Of a stretch of 64,000 nucleotides of DNA, positions 48,201-57,230 are shown piece after piece. The notes below the pieces were generated by a model. It saw only the letters and a list, made by a program, of their open reading frames with translations. It made no database searches and had not been told where the DNA came from. Within the stretch, counting starts at the first letter, position 1. Each line of letters starts with the position of its first letter. A program made the translations under genes and the position numbers. Source of the DNA: Candidatus Thorarchaeota archaeon (GTDB lineage: Archaea > Asgardarchaeota > Thorarchaeia > Thorarchaeales > Thorarchaeaceae); NCBI GenBank assembly GCA_020348985.1, contig CP070761.1:1567465-1631464 (forward strand), in the 5' to 3' direction.

Positions 48201-51200
48201 GCAGTTGCGCTCATTCTGTAAGCTGGCATGTCCGGATACCCATCGCCGTTAGTATCATTCGAGTTGGGGTTTGTGTTGCCAAGGTACTCTTGGAGATCGT
48301 CAATTCCATCCCCGTCTGAATCATTGTACTTGGGATCCGAAGTCACGCGTATTTGAAATGGCAATGTCACGTTGCCCAGATAGTCGAAATCTATGACCCA
48401 GCCGGATGTCTCTCTGAAATCATTTAGTCCATCTTCATCCGAATCTGCGGATGTCGCATTCGTGGAATACACGTGTTCATACCAATCACTGACTCCATCT
48501 CCATCAGAGTCCGCGAGAGTTGGATCCAATCCCTTGTCAATCTCATACTTATCGTTCAGTTGATCTCCATCAGTATCGTAGTCCCATTGTGACGTTCCAT
48601 AGGCAGCCTCCAGTGCGGCATCGAGACCGTCACCATCACTGTCGACAAGTGTCATGGGAGAGAAATCTAGAAAGCCATTAAGTGTCGTCGGGAAGACATC
48701 GAAGTAGAGCCAAGTGTTATGGGCATATCCAGTCCCGTTGATGAGTTCTTCAGATTCCTCTATAGGGGATGGGTCGCCTCCAAATAGCTTGCTCACATGA
48801 TACCAAAAGTTCCTGCGCTGCGTCACGAGCCAGATCTTGTAGAGTGAACATATCGAGACATCTACAGGGTAATTTGACATAGCCAGCGTAGGTCTGAGGG
48901 AGGCTGAAAGCTCGAATTCGCACGAAACCTCCCGCCACCAAGTCATGTCATAGGCAGGATCCTGAAACGCATTATAGATTGCAGAAGGTATCCAGTCCAA
49001 TTGGAGTGCATGAATCCATGAGGCTGTGTCAGGGCTCCAACCCCACCATGGACGCCATCTAGGTGGGCCAGTCATGATGATCAAAGGCTTACACCATGAA
49101 AGCGACAAATAGTGATCCTCATCTACTTCCCACAAGTCGTTCTTCCAATCCACCGCTCTCACTCTTCCTTCAACTTTGACAGAGAGATGTATCCAATCGC
49201 CAGCATTGAGACCATTGTTGTCAGAGAACGTAGGAGTCGGACCTTCCGTGATTACAGAATACGGGGCCATCTGCAAGGCCAATTGAGGTTGACCATAGAA
49301 TGCCAGCGTCGCATACTCTGCAAGTTTCTGTGTCCAGCCATATTTGATGTCGGTAATGATGAACACTATGAGAAGCGCCCATCCAAGTACGGGAACAAAG
49401 GCCATGGCAAACTCAATCACTCCTATCATGTACACGCCGATGAAAGTAGAGACAAGGGCGTACGTCAAACCGATGACCCTTCCTCTTTCTCCGCCTATAG
49501 CGTTGGCTATCGATACACCAGCCCAAATGGACATTCCAATATCAATAGCAATCTCCAACACTATCAAAGCCTTTCCAAAGTGCTTGAAGTACTTGAGGCT
49601 CTTCAGAGAGGCTTGAGCAGCCTTGACTGTCTTTGAGATCCTGTTTATCAGATTCGCTACCTTTCCCATTTGATTGAACCATTCAGCCTTCAACACGTAG
49701 CAAACTCGGGAGATTGACCAGCCGCTTCTTTTTGCCGCTAGGTAGTAATCACTCATGATGTTCTTCACTGAGAGAAACCTCAGACCTGCGATCTTCTTCC
49801 CGGCTAATATGGCGAGGTCAAAACCTCCAAGTCCAAGCTCAAGTACTAACTGAGCGGTATTGAGAGCCTCATCTGTAGGGGGAAAGACCAACTCCTCGGC
49901 GCCTATCTTAGTGATGGACGTGTAACCTGAGTCCCAGCCTATCATGAGCGCAATCAGGTTCTTCTTCGCTTCTTCTGGCCATGCCCAACCTAGAATCTCT
50001 ATTGTGACGCCCCATGGAGTAAGGCCGACATTTGTCGATGTGTTATACCAGTTCACATTCAGGACCTTGGTCGTAACAAGTGGTTCACTGGCCGTGTCTA
50101 GCGAGCACGAATCCAGCATGACATATGAGCCGCCGAGCACGTCATACAGATCAGCAGTCTTCGAATATCCCTCAATTGCAATAGATAGTGGAAGGTTCAT
50201 GTTCTCAGGGAGACCCGCCAGCGCGGACGGTATGATTACATTGCTGAGAGTCTCTATTGCCAAGTACCTGTCTCTCACTGTGGTTCTCAAACCTGTTACA
50301 TTGACATTGTAGTGGTCGAGAACTCCAGGAATGTCATCAACATTGATTGTAGAGTTGTACAAGAACTCAGAAGTCATGACCAACTGCGCAGCCGCTATTT
50401 CAGTGACATTTTCGCTAAAGAACACACCTGCGAGAGCACCACTACATTCCTCAACTGAGAGTCCAGTGAACATGAAGGGCTCTTTGTACGTAACCAGAGA
50501 GGACGGTGTCGTCGCGATTCTATCGTGCTTCGTGACGGAGAGATATTCTGAGGGGTGAGTTGCTAGAGCTCCTTCTGGGCTTACTGTCACATACTCTCCG
50601 TTGGGGGCAACTAGCCTTCTTGCACTCGCGTGCCATATAAAGGTCTCATCATCACCGATATCGATTGAATCGAACAAGAACGTGTTGGAGTCTTCATACG
50701 ACAGGTAGAGGCCATTTACGAATCTAATCGCGACTTGATCATGGGATCCAGCTTCGCCAATCTTGACCCACTCAAGTTTGGTTGCATCAGCTGCCGTGAC
50801 ATTGCCGACTGCAATCATGTTGTTGCCAATAGCAATGTAATCGTCACTGGTACCACCGGGAGGATGGAGGTTCAGTATTTGACACCTCGAATCGGACTGC
50901 CCTATGACCTCCCAATTCAATTCAGCATGAAGCGTGACGTCCAGGGGAGTTGTATTGAGGTACAAGAGCTGACCAGTGAATGCTACAATGCTGCCGAACT
51001 CGAGAACAGGGTACAATGGAACCTCCAAAACATCACCAACATGTCTGGCTCCAACTTCGTTCAGTGCTGTCTGATTCGGGAAGAATTCATCACCTATGAA
51101 TGAGAGTTCCAGAATAGGGTAGATCCGGATATCTTCTCGAGAGTAATCCAAATCTTGCATAAGACCTTCCGTGTCATATTCCCAATCCCAAGTCTGGAAG

Positions 51201-51826
51201 GTCAACTTGAGGTGGTCGGGGTTTCTCGGAATGACCTGAAAACGAATGTAAGTGGGGTCTCCAGTGGTTTGAATCGATATATCAAATCCGTCTCTGATCA
51301 CAGACTTGGCAAAAGGAGAAAGATCCGGTTGATCGTTTACTCCATCACCATCGTTATCGAAGTCCCATGCGTTTAGCACATTGTCGCCATCTAGGTCCAG
51401 AGAAGTGCAGTTGATCTCAATGTGGTCTGCAATACCATCATCATTTGAGTCGGGATTCAATGGATCTAGTCCGTTCAGTGCTTCGAAGTAGTCGAGAAGG
51501 GTATCAAAATCAGTATCATTGTTCCTGGGATCAGTTCCTATGACTGCCTCAACTGAATCGTACAACCCGTCCATGTCGAAATCGGTTTGGTTTGCTACAG
51601 GAGTCACATTCATGAGCTCAGTTACTAGGGTACTGAGGTTCACAGGGGTCCTAGGAGGTTCCTCACTCAGTGTCTTCTGTAGAAAGGGTTGACCCTCCAA
51701 CGGGGCAACTGCTCTTTCTGTATCCGGCTGACTCATCTCTGGATGGTCAACAGCATTCTTCACATCACAACCAATGAACAGGAAAATGAAAACCAGGGAA
51801 GCCAGAATATAGGACCGCTTCTTCAT
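45293..51826 (-). CDS. Giant multidomain surface protein B, tandem paralog of A
   Basis: Colinear with A; start refined to MKKRSY (AGGTGGAG RBS); FIGC; VTHLSLF; identical MDIVDQLLDSS end. Confidence 0.85.
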   Translation of the reverse strand: MKKRSYILASLVFIFLFIGCDVKNAVDHPEMSQPDTERAVAPLEGQPFLQKTLSEEPPRTPVNLSTLVTELMNVTPVANQTDFDMDGLYDSVEAVIGTDPRNNDTDFDTLLDYFEALNGLDPLNPDSNDDGIADHIEINCTSLDLDGDNVLNAWDFDNDGDGVNDQPDLSPFAKSVIRDGFDISIQTTGDPTYIRFQVIPRNPDHLKLTFQTWDWEYDTEGLMQDLDYSREDIRIYPILELSFIGDEFFPNQTALNEVGARHVGDVLEVPLYPVLEFGSIVAFTGQLLYLNTTPLDVTLHAELNWEVIGQSDSRCQILNLHPPGGTSDDYIAIGNNMIAVGNVTAADATKLEWVKIGEAGSHDQVAIRFVNGLYLSYEDSNTFLFDSIDIGDDETFIWHASARRLVAPNGEYVTVSPEGALATHPSEYLSVTKHDRIATTPSSLVTYKEPFMFTGLSVEECSGALAGVFFSENVTEIAAAQLVMTSEFLYNSTINVDDIPGVLDHYNVNVTGLRTTVRDRYLAIETLSNVIIPSALAGLPENMNLPLSIAIEGYSKTADLYDVLGGSYVMLDSCSLDTASEPLVTTKVLNVNWYNTSTNVGLTPWGVTIEILGWAWPEEAKKNLIALMIGWDSGYTSITKIGAEELVFPPTDEALNTAQLVLELGLGGFDLAILAGKKIAGLRFLSVKNIMSDYYLAAKRSGWSISRVCYVLKAEWFNQMGKVANLINRISKTVKAAQASLKSLKYFKHFGKALIVLEIAIDIGMSIWAGVSIANAIGGERGRVIGLTYALVSTFIGVYMIGVIEFAMAFVPVLGWALLIVFIITDIKYGWTQKLAEYATLAFYGQPQLALQMAPYSVITEGPTPTFSDNNGLNAGDWIHLSVKVEGRVRAVDWKNDLWEVDEDHYLSLSWCKPLIIMTGPPRWRPWWGWSPDTASWIHALQLDWIPSAIYNAFQDPAYDMTWWREVSCEFELSASLRPTLAMSNYPVDVSICSLYKIWLVTQRRNFWYHVSKLFGGDPSPIEESEELINGTGYAHNTWLYFDVFPTTLNGFLDFSPMTLVDSDGDGLDAALEAAYGTSQWDYDTDGDQLNDKYEIDKGLDPTLADSDGDGVSDWYEHVYSTNATSADSDEDGLNDFRETSGWVIDFDYLGNVTLPFQIRVTSDPKYNDSDGDGIDDLQEYLGNTNPNSNDTNGDGYPDMPAYRMSATAAYEGSIDWIMPDYTAHHQQYVYDVCTDEDGYLYASGFLGLPNDNGTVRKYDPSFNIIEQPTGSYLVNLTCWSNSEMPVYIGIDDSNDWMYIHKAYSTTNALYRFNLDGSAINPDSWTPISTASGEQFVIGQNGDIYHLGYSTPIVKKYNSSGALLNSWGVVGPGTEEFDSPWGIAVDEMHGLIYVFDQEISYSKGFRLHVLDMSDGSHVNILEFGYSVYMQDLEVDDSGYLYAMSSDSTLGSHVRRYAPGGFEDVDFRFNGNGTHTLTGANRLCTSPDGSIYVIAFLSAGDPSTSRIWRFSQNFQYSSEVIPENDPDWDDDGLTNIQETDGWEITVDFASARTTFNVTSDPMVKDTDCDGLNDTLEFTLGSNPRSPDTDEDGVSDFEEWWLTTHPGEIYVPPIQSAFVVSSSIYSNHMQWTPAGPNLTMWDTDGDLLSDSIELTYGSSPVNPDSDADGLSDMTEFLLNSNPRSNDSDGDGALDGQEFDGNSSLLDPDSDGDLGLDGTEYHVGSNVSEGDSDGDNLLDGFELFLSLNPTLADSDGDGADDDVELSLFLDPLNNDTDFDGIPDGLELQYGSNPLSNDTDWDGIPDSIDPDTFTTWDGQVILVYGEDPTTHTLEFVQELSEHVDVTVVTLQEFLDGYTDHQYIVLVGRPDPSSYGLERLTYDMLDDTGSVLDDMMENNSHEVATRYGYWNDPQTVVIMSSAFSTDVYPVLTILRGWNLSILSDRTMIEFNSYAVVDNQTVAYAALVNEIDTVKATDASVIIVLSGRARPAIAISRYNETTTPNQLTHATGLAENDVSLGRYLDVGLTLYDTAFNVFDSAWIIIYYRESDIDLTGDSQLGDMGDINETSLCLYYYDTSAGEWIKLSEDLDWVVDLGQNTTNVELYGERYAGFVWARVTHLSLFAVAGQLIGIPVEPPNYLLYVLLFGAAGLAAVVAVARRRKGRTIGRKVKMDIVDQLLDSS

Positions 51827-52104
51827 ATCGCTCCACCTTTGCCACGCCGCAGGGATAATGCATCCAAAGAGCTCCGCCTCAATTGGCAAAGGGCCTTTTA
51901 TCTTCTCTGAGGGAAACTAACCCGATTGCAATTCGCAAGCAGACGGTCCAAATGCATTGCAACCTGAAACTTCCATCGCTTGTGACGCAGGTATTCCAGA
52001 ACCTATCAGAAGTCCGGCAGCTCGACTGCGTTGAGCATCATCCTGAAAAGAAGAACCGCTAGTCAACGGTTTCCACCATCTGGTCTTCGGGAGATGAAGG
52101 ACAC

Positions 52105-53232
52105 TTGACAGAGTCAGATTTGAAACTCGTTGATGGAAAGTTCTACCATTTAATTGTGGAGGGGTCAGACTACGAGATTGGAACGCAGCTAGCGGAATAT
52201 GTCAAGGAAAGACCCGACGGAGTAAGCGCCAAAGAGGTCTATACTTCTGCGAATCTAGACCCGGCAACAAAGGGATTCGAAGACATCTCTGATTTGATTT
52301 CGCACTTGGGTGAATACGCTCCGGGGATAGCAGAAGAGCTTCAGGGCTTTGCAGACGGCCTCGACTCGTCACCGGGAAAGATTCCATTCTTGACTTGGAC
52401 GTTCATGACTCCCTCCAAAGGACACTGCTCACAACTTGCCGCTCTTTCATCAGTAACTGACAAACAGCATGTCTACGCTGCACGCACATATGAATGGACA
52501 ACAGAAGAAGACTTGGTTCTCTGTACAACCAGGCGGAAGGGAAAGGCCAGGCACATTGGGTTTACTTCATCACTCCATGGACGATACGATGGGTTCAATG
52601 AGCATGGACTCCTAATCTCGATGACCGGAGGAGGGATCTTCAACGTGCCAATCAACGCCTCTGGATTCTTCTGTTGCGTGGCAATAAGAGAGGCCTTGGA
52701 GTCTTGCAGGGATGTGAGTGAGGGATTGGACCTGTTGCGAGCGTTTCCACTGGGAGGTCATTTCAACCTGATCCTAGCCGACAAGAAGGATCGTGCTGCC
52801 CTCGTCGAGTTCGCCGACGGAGACATGGAAATTCGAGAGACCTCTGCTGAAGATCCAGAACCCTATGTCTACTCGGTAAACCACTACAAACTCCCGAAAA
52901 TTGAGAAGCACAACGCGCTCAACTGTGGAATCATAGCTCATTCAAAGATGCGTCAAGAACTGATAACCAAGATGTTTGAAGACAAAGCCCCTCAAATCAG
53001 CAGGTCAGACATCCAGAATCTCTTCGCCACTCTTCATCCAAACGGGCTCTGCAATCACTTCTACGACGATGGCTTTGGGACACTCTGGTCAATGATATTC
53101 GACCTGACTGAGTGCTCAGTGGACGTTTGCTTCAGCGCTCCAACACATAATGAGTATCGAAGGTTTGAGTTGGACGGCACGCCAGGTTTCACGGAATATC
53201 CCGTTATCTTCCCGAAGGCACCATGGACATAA
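52105..53232 (+). CDS. Peptidase C45 family Ntn-hydrolase (acyl-CoA:6-APA acyltransferase-like)
   Basis: EELQGFADG, GHCSQ autoprocessing Cys, DGFNEHGL, NHY, FGTLWSMIFD. Confidence 0.85.
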   Translation: MTESDLKLVDGKFYHLIVEGSDYEIGTQLAEYVKERPDGVSAKEVYTSANLDPATKGFEDISDLISHLGEYAPGIAEELQGFADGLDSSPGKIPFLTWTFMTPSKGHCSQLAALSSVTDKQHVYAARTYEWTTEEDLVLCTTRRKGKARHIGFTSSLHGRYDGFNEHGLLISMTGGGIFNVPINASGFFCCVAIREALESCRDVSEGLDLLRAFPLGGHFNLILADKKDRAALVEFADGDMEIRETSAEDPEPYVYSVNHYKLPKIEKHNALNCGIIAHSKMRQELITKMFEDKAPQISRSDIQNLFATLHPNGLCNHFYDDGFGTLWSMIFDLTECSVDVCFSAPTHNEYRRFELDGTPGFTEYPVIFPKAPWT

Positions 53233-53249
53233 GTTGCGGACCCAAGAGT

Positions 53250-53984
53250 TCATTTCTCAAAGAGAATGTCACGCATTGCCTTCCATAGCTTTGCGTACTC
53301 TGACGACCCCGCTGTGTATATTGTAATGGTTTCGCTCAGCAGATCCCAAACACTTGGGTCAGCCAGGTCACCCCGAGCACGCCTAACCATTTCCTTGTAT
53401 GCATCATGTTCAATCTCTGCTATCATCATTCTGAGTTTGACAAGGGATTCCATCTGCTTCTCGGAAATGGTGAAGCCAAAGTGTTCTGACAAGTCTTTGA
53501 GCATCTTTGTGATGCGTTCCTTCTGTCTCTTCTTAGTCATCCCTGGCTTCGACTCAAAGATGTATAACTCGGAGACTCTACGATAGTAGTCAGTAGTTCG
53601 CTTCCCCTTCTTCAGTGTGCCAAACAGGATGACGTAGCCGGCCTCAATCAGTTTGCCAAGATGGTGATACACTTGGCTCTTAGTTAGGGGCTTGGGGAGG
53701 CCATCTTTCTTTCTGGACAAGCGAACGATTTCGACAACAGATAGTGCATGTCTTTTGACGCTTCTTTGAATGATAGTCCGGGTTCCAGTTTCCTCGTCAA
53801 GTGTTTCTTCGGTGGTCGTGTCATTCATTCCTTCGCGGAGAATCTCGATAATTGCCGCTCGTGCGGGTTCGGCTAGCACATCTGCTCGAGGACCAGAGGA
53901 AATGAACTCTGACTTGGTAATCGGGATCTTGCCTTCTTCTGTGAGAACAATCCCCCTCAATGTGTCCGCGGTTTCCTCATTCAT
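53250..53984 (-). CDS. Winged-helix (ArsR-like) transcriptional regulator
   Basis: LAEPARAAIIEIL...KSQVYHHLGKLIEAGYV...YYRR. Confidence 0.75.
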   Translation of the reverse strand: MNEETADTLRGIVLTEEGKIPITKSEFISSGPRADVLAEPARAAIIEILREGMNDTTTEETLDEETGTRTIIQRSVKRHALSVVEIVRLSRKKDGLPKPLTKSQVYHHLGKLIEAGYVILFGTLKKGKRTTDYYRRVSELYIFESKPGMTKKRQKERITKMLKDLSEHFGFTISEKQMESLVKLRMMIAEIEHDAYKEMVRRARGDLADPSVWDLLSETITIYTAGSSEYAKLWKAMRDILFEK

Positions 53985-54056
53985 GATGGTTGGTCCTTCT
54001 GCTCAAATCATAGGATAGAATCCATTACGGAACATTATAATCTTAAACGCATTGGC

Positions 54057-55565
54057 CTAAAACAGCGAGGAGTATTTGGTGGTAAGATAATCCAGAAACG
54101 GCTTTGCTGTGAGATCATTCCCAGTGACATCCTTCACGAGGTCACTTGGGTCCAGAAGATTGGACTTACCCATCACGTTTTCCTTCAACCAATCGTAGAC
54201 AGGAGCTAGGCTACCAGCGTTCAGAGATTCTCTCCAACATGGTAGTTCTTCGTTTATCTTCTCATACCACATTGCACCGTACAGGTTCCCCAATGCATAG
54301 GTGGGAAAGTACCCGAACATTCCATCCGCCCAGTGTGAGTCTTGCATTACTCCCTCTGAGTCGTTGTCTACTGATACGCCAAGATACTGCGAGTACTTCT
54401 CATTCCAAATCTGAGGCAGCTCAGAAACCTCGATTGAGCCATCAAAGAGGGCTGTCTCAATCTCATAACGAATAATCACATGTATAGAGTATGTGAGCTC
54501 GTCCGCTGATACACGGACTTTGGAGGGAACAACTCGATTGATCATACGGAGGAGTTCTTCACACTCCAAGTCTCTGAAAGCTCCGTCTGATAGCTCATTG
54601 AATCTGGGGAGATAGTACTTCCAGAAGTCGTCAGACCGTCCAATCATGTTTTCGTAGAACCTCGAGATGGACTCGTGGATCCCTAGTCCGGCCATCGTAC
54701 CTATTGGCTGATACATCCAATCCTGTCTGAGAGACTGCTCGTATACTGCATGGCCAGCCTCATGCATGAGAACAAGGAGTGCAGAGAGAGGGTTGTCCTC
54801 ATTGTATCTCACTGTTACTCGGACGTCATCGTAGTATCCAGTTGTAAATGGGTGATGAGTCTCATCTATTCGACCGCTGGCAGAATCGGTTGAAGTATCG
54901 TAACCCATCAAACTAGCCACATCCAGGAGTATCTTCTCTTGGATAGTCTTGGGAACCTCTCGCAACAGAGGAGCGACGTCAATTTCCTTCGAAGCATCAG
55001 CATACTTCTCAATCATAGGAACCAGTCCGTCTCTAAGCTTTGAGAAAGCCCTGGCAACCAGAGTCGATTTCATCTTGGGCTCAAAGTCATCGAGTACTGT
55101 GTCATATAGAGAATCCGTGCCTTTCACTTCCATCAGCAACTCAGCCTGCTTCTTAATGAGCTCAAACATCTTCGAAAGCTCCGGCTCGAACTGAGACCAA
55201 TCAATGGAGTTCTTGGCTTTCATCCATGCATGCCTAGTGGTCGTGCTCTGTTTCATGATGTCAGCTACCAATTCCTCTGGAAGACGAGTCTGTCGGTCAT
55301 AGTTTCTCCTGATTAAGTACAGATTCCTGGCCATCACAGTATCGTCTTCTTTGATTTCTTTCTCGGCCGTTTTCAGAAGATCCCCGTATTCCCTGCTTGT
55401 TTGCAGGCGGTGGATGTACTGCGAAACGGTTGACAGCTGCTCACCTCGGAGCTGCGCGCCTTTAGGGGGCATGTAGGTTAGCATGTCCCAATTGAGAACA
55501 CTTGCCGTACTCATCAGAAGGCTACTCTCCTTTGCCTTGGCTAAAAGTTTCGTATATGCGTCCAT
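54057..55565 (-). CDS. Carboxypeptidase Taq (peptidase M32)
   Basis: HPF, DVRVT, HEAGH, HES, VRVSADE, GVMQDSHW, GYFPTYALG; start refined to MDAYTKL. Confidence 0.95.
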   Translation of the reverse strand: MDAYTKLLAKAKESSLLMSTASVLNWDMLTYMPPKGAQLRGEQLSTVSQYIHRLQTSREYGDLLKTAEKEIKEDDTVMARNLYLIRRNYDRQTRLPEELVADIMKQSTTTRHAWMKAKNSIDWSQFEPELSKMFELIKKQAELLMEVKGTDSLYDTVLDDFEPKMKSTLVARAFSKLRDGLVPMIEKYADASKEIDVAPLLREVPKTIQEKILLDVASLMGYDTSTDSASGRIDETHHPFTTGYYDDVRVTVRYNEDNPLSALLVLMHEAGHAVYEQSLRQDWMYQPIGTMAGLGIHESISRFYENMIGRSDDFWKYYLPRFNELSDGAFRDLECEELLRMINRVVPSKVRVSADELTYSIHVIIRYEIETALFDGSIEVSELPQIWNEKYSQYLGVSVDNDSEGVMQDSHWADGMFGYFPTYALGNLYGAMWYEKINEELPCWRESLNAGSLAPVYDWLKENVMGKSNLLDPSDLVKDVTGNDLTAKPFLDYLTTKYSSLF

Positions 55566-55603
55566 GTCGTCACATCTCAAGTCCTTTGAATTAGGACTAG
55601 TTT

Positions 55604-55692
55604 CCATACAGTATGGTAAACAAACGTATGATATACAGATGCTTTGGTATGCAAACTTATAAGTGTATGCTGGTATAGACGCTGTACCATAC
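55604..55692. promoter_or_regulatory. GTATG/CATAC box array in the divergent M32/MFS promoter region
   Basis: CCATAC-A-GTATGG palindrome (55604-55616); GTATG at 55626, 55647, 55665; CATAC at 55688. Confidence 0.45.
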
Positions 55693-55720
55693 GAGGGGTG
55701 TCCAAACTGGAGGAATATAC

Positions 55721-57202
55721 ATGACTCGATTAGCGCGATTCCTCGGACTTGAAGATGCACCAAGCAACGCGTTGCGATTAGCCAGGATCATGGCCATCCT
55801 GATGCCAAGCTATGCAATGGCGTTCTCGATCAGTACAACGTTCTGGCTGATTTTCATAGCTGAGAAGCTTGGGAATGGAAGCTACATGGCGGGTTTGTCC
55901 ACGGTAGGACTTCTTGTTGTGATACAGCTTGTCATCCAAGTAGTGCTAGACTATCCTACTGGATCTCTTGGAGACCACATTGGGCAGAAGTTCGTCATAG
56001 CGTCTGCATTGGTCTGCTATGCTTTGATGTTTTGGCTATCCTCCACTGTCACTGAGGACTCCTCCCTCTACACCTTCGCCGCAATCTACGCACTTCTTGG
56101 AGCGGCCAATTCGCAGGAGAGTGGGGCATGGGGGTCATGGTTTGATTCGAACTACAGGGCTGCTCACCCTAACGACGAAGACAGGAAGCAGTATGGGGTC
56201 TTCCAAGGCAAGCTTGGGATGCTGTTTGGTCTGTCAAACACAATAGTGCTCATTCCAGGTGGCTGGTTGGCATACTCTCTCGGCAGGGAGTGGGTATTCC
56301 AAGGACAGGCAGTAATCTGTGTCCTGCTAGCCCTTGTTGTCTTGAGATATCTGAATGATCTTCCGGAGGTTGAGCAGAAACGAAAGGAAGACAAGGATAA
56401 GAGCGACTACACGCAGCTGCTGAAGGATGGAGTGAGTTTCCTGGGATCAGATAGATTCATCACATTCATGATAGCAGGTCAAGTCCTACTCTTCTCGATA
56501 ACTACGGTCTACATCAATCTCGTCTTGTTCCCATTCTACTTTGTCTATCTCCTGACTGACATCGCTGTAGCATCCTACAGGACCTTTCTGTACGTCCCCC
56601 AGGTGCCTCTTCAAGAACGGTCTGGGATTTGGTCGAGGAGGTTCGACCCTGCCAAATGGATACCCAGATTCGAGCTGCTCTCTGTTGGTGCGACAATCCC
56701 ATTAGTTGTGATGGCTGCGCTGCTGGTTGTTGCCCCTCCTCCAGCAACGGCGGACAACCTCGTTCGGCTTATGTTTCCAGGTTCTGAGTTCGTAATCCTG
56801 GAAGCGCCACTCGAGTCTATTCCGGTCTTGATCGTGATAGCTGTACTCTTTGTTTTCGGTTTTCTCATGGGCACTTTCGCAGGAATTCTTAGCCAGAGGG
56901 TCTTGATTGATGTCATTCCAAATCGAATCAGAAACAGTGTCTACTCTCTCCGGCCAACTCTGATCATGATAGCAGCGATGCCTATCATGGCTGTCAGTGG
57001 AGAAATGATAACAACCTATGGACTTCCGCCGGCTCTTGTGCTACTGGCATCAATATCTTTCGCGGGAACGCTCCTGGTATGGAAGGCCTTCCAATATCCA
57101 ATCCCCAAGGCAAGCGATTTGGAGGACATACTGATCCCTGAGAAGACCGAAGACGTCGTTGAAGAGAAAAGGATGGAGATGGGAACCTCCGAACATGTCT
57201 GA
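55721..57202 (+). CDS. MFS transporter
   Basis: About 12 TM helices; DYPTGSLGDHIGQK motif A; ESGA; IPNRIRNSVYSL. Confidence 0.88.
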   Translation: MTRLARFLGLEDAPSNALRLARIMAILMPSYAMAFSISTTFWLIFIAEKLGNGSYMAGLSTVGLLVVIQLVIQVVLDYPTGSLGDHIGQKFVIASALVCYALMFWLSSTVTEDSSLYTFAAIYALLGAANSQESGAWGSWFDSNYRAAHPNDEDRKQYGVFQGKLGMLFGLSNTIVLIPGGWLAYSLGREWVFQGQAVICVLLALVVLRYLNDLPEVEQKRKEDKDKSDYTQLLKDGVSFLGSDRFITFMIAGQVLLFSITTVYINLVLFPFYFVYLLTDIAVASYRTFLYVPQVPLQERSGIWSRRFDPAKWIPRFELLSVGATIPLVVMAALLVVAPPPATADNLVRLMFPGSEFVILEAPLESIPVLIVIAVLFVFGFLMGTFAGILSQRVLIDVIPNRIRNSVYSLRPTLIMIAAMPIMAVSGEMITTYGLPPALVLLASISFAGTLLVWKAFQYPIPKASDLEDILIPEKTEDVVEEKRMEMGTSEHV

Positions 57203-57230
57203 CGTGCTTCAGATGGAGCCAGAAAGTGAG

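Noticed and set aside
39800-48700. Periodic repeats in the giant genes as a possible CRISPR array or DNA tandem repeat
   Set aside because: Repeats are degenerate at DNA level and conserved only as DxDxDG protein motifs; there is no repeat-spacer structure and no cas genes.
29300-52100. Accessory region as a mobile element or provirus
   Set aside because: No integrase, transposase, terminal repeats or viral genes were recognised; only gene remnants and a patchwork gene content suggest plasticity.
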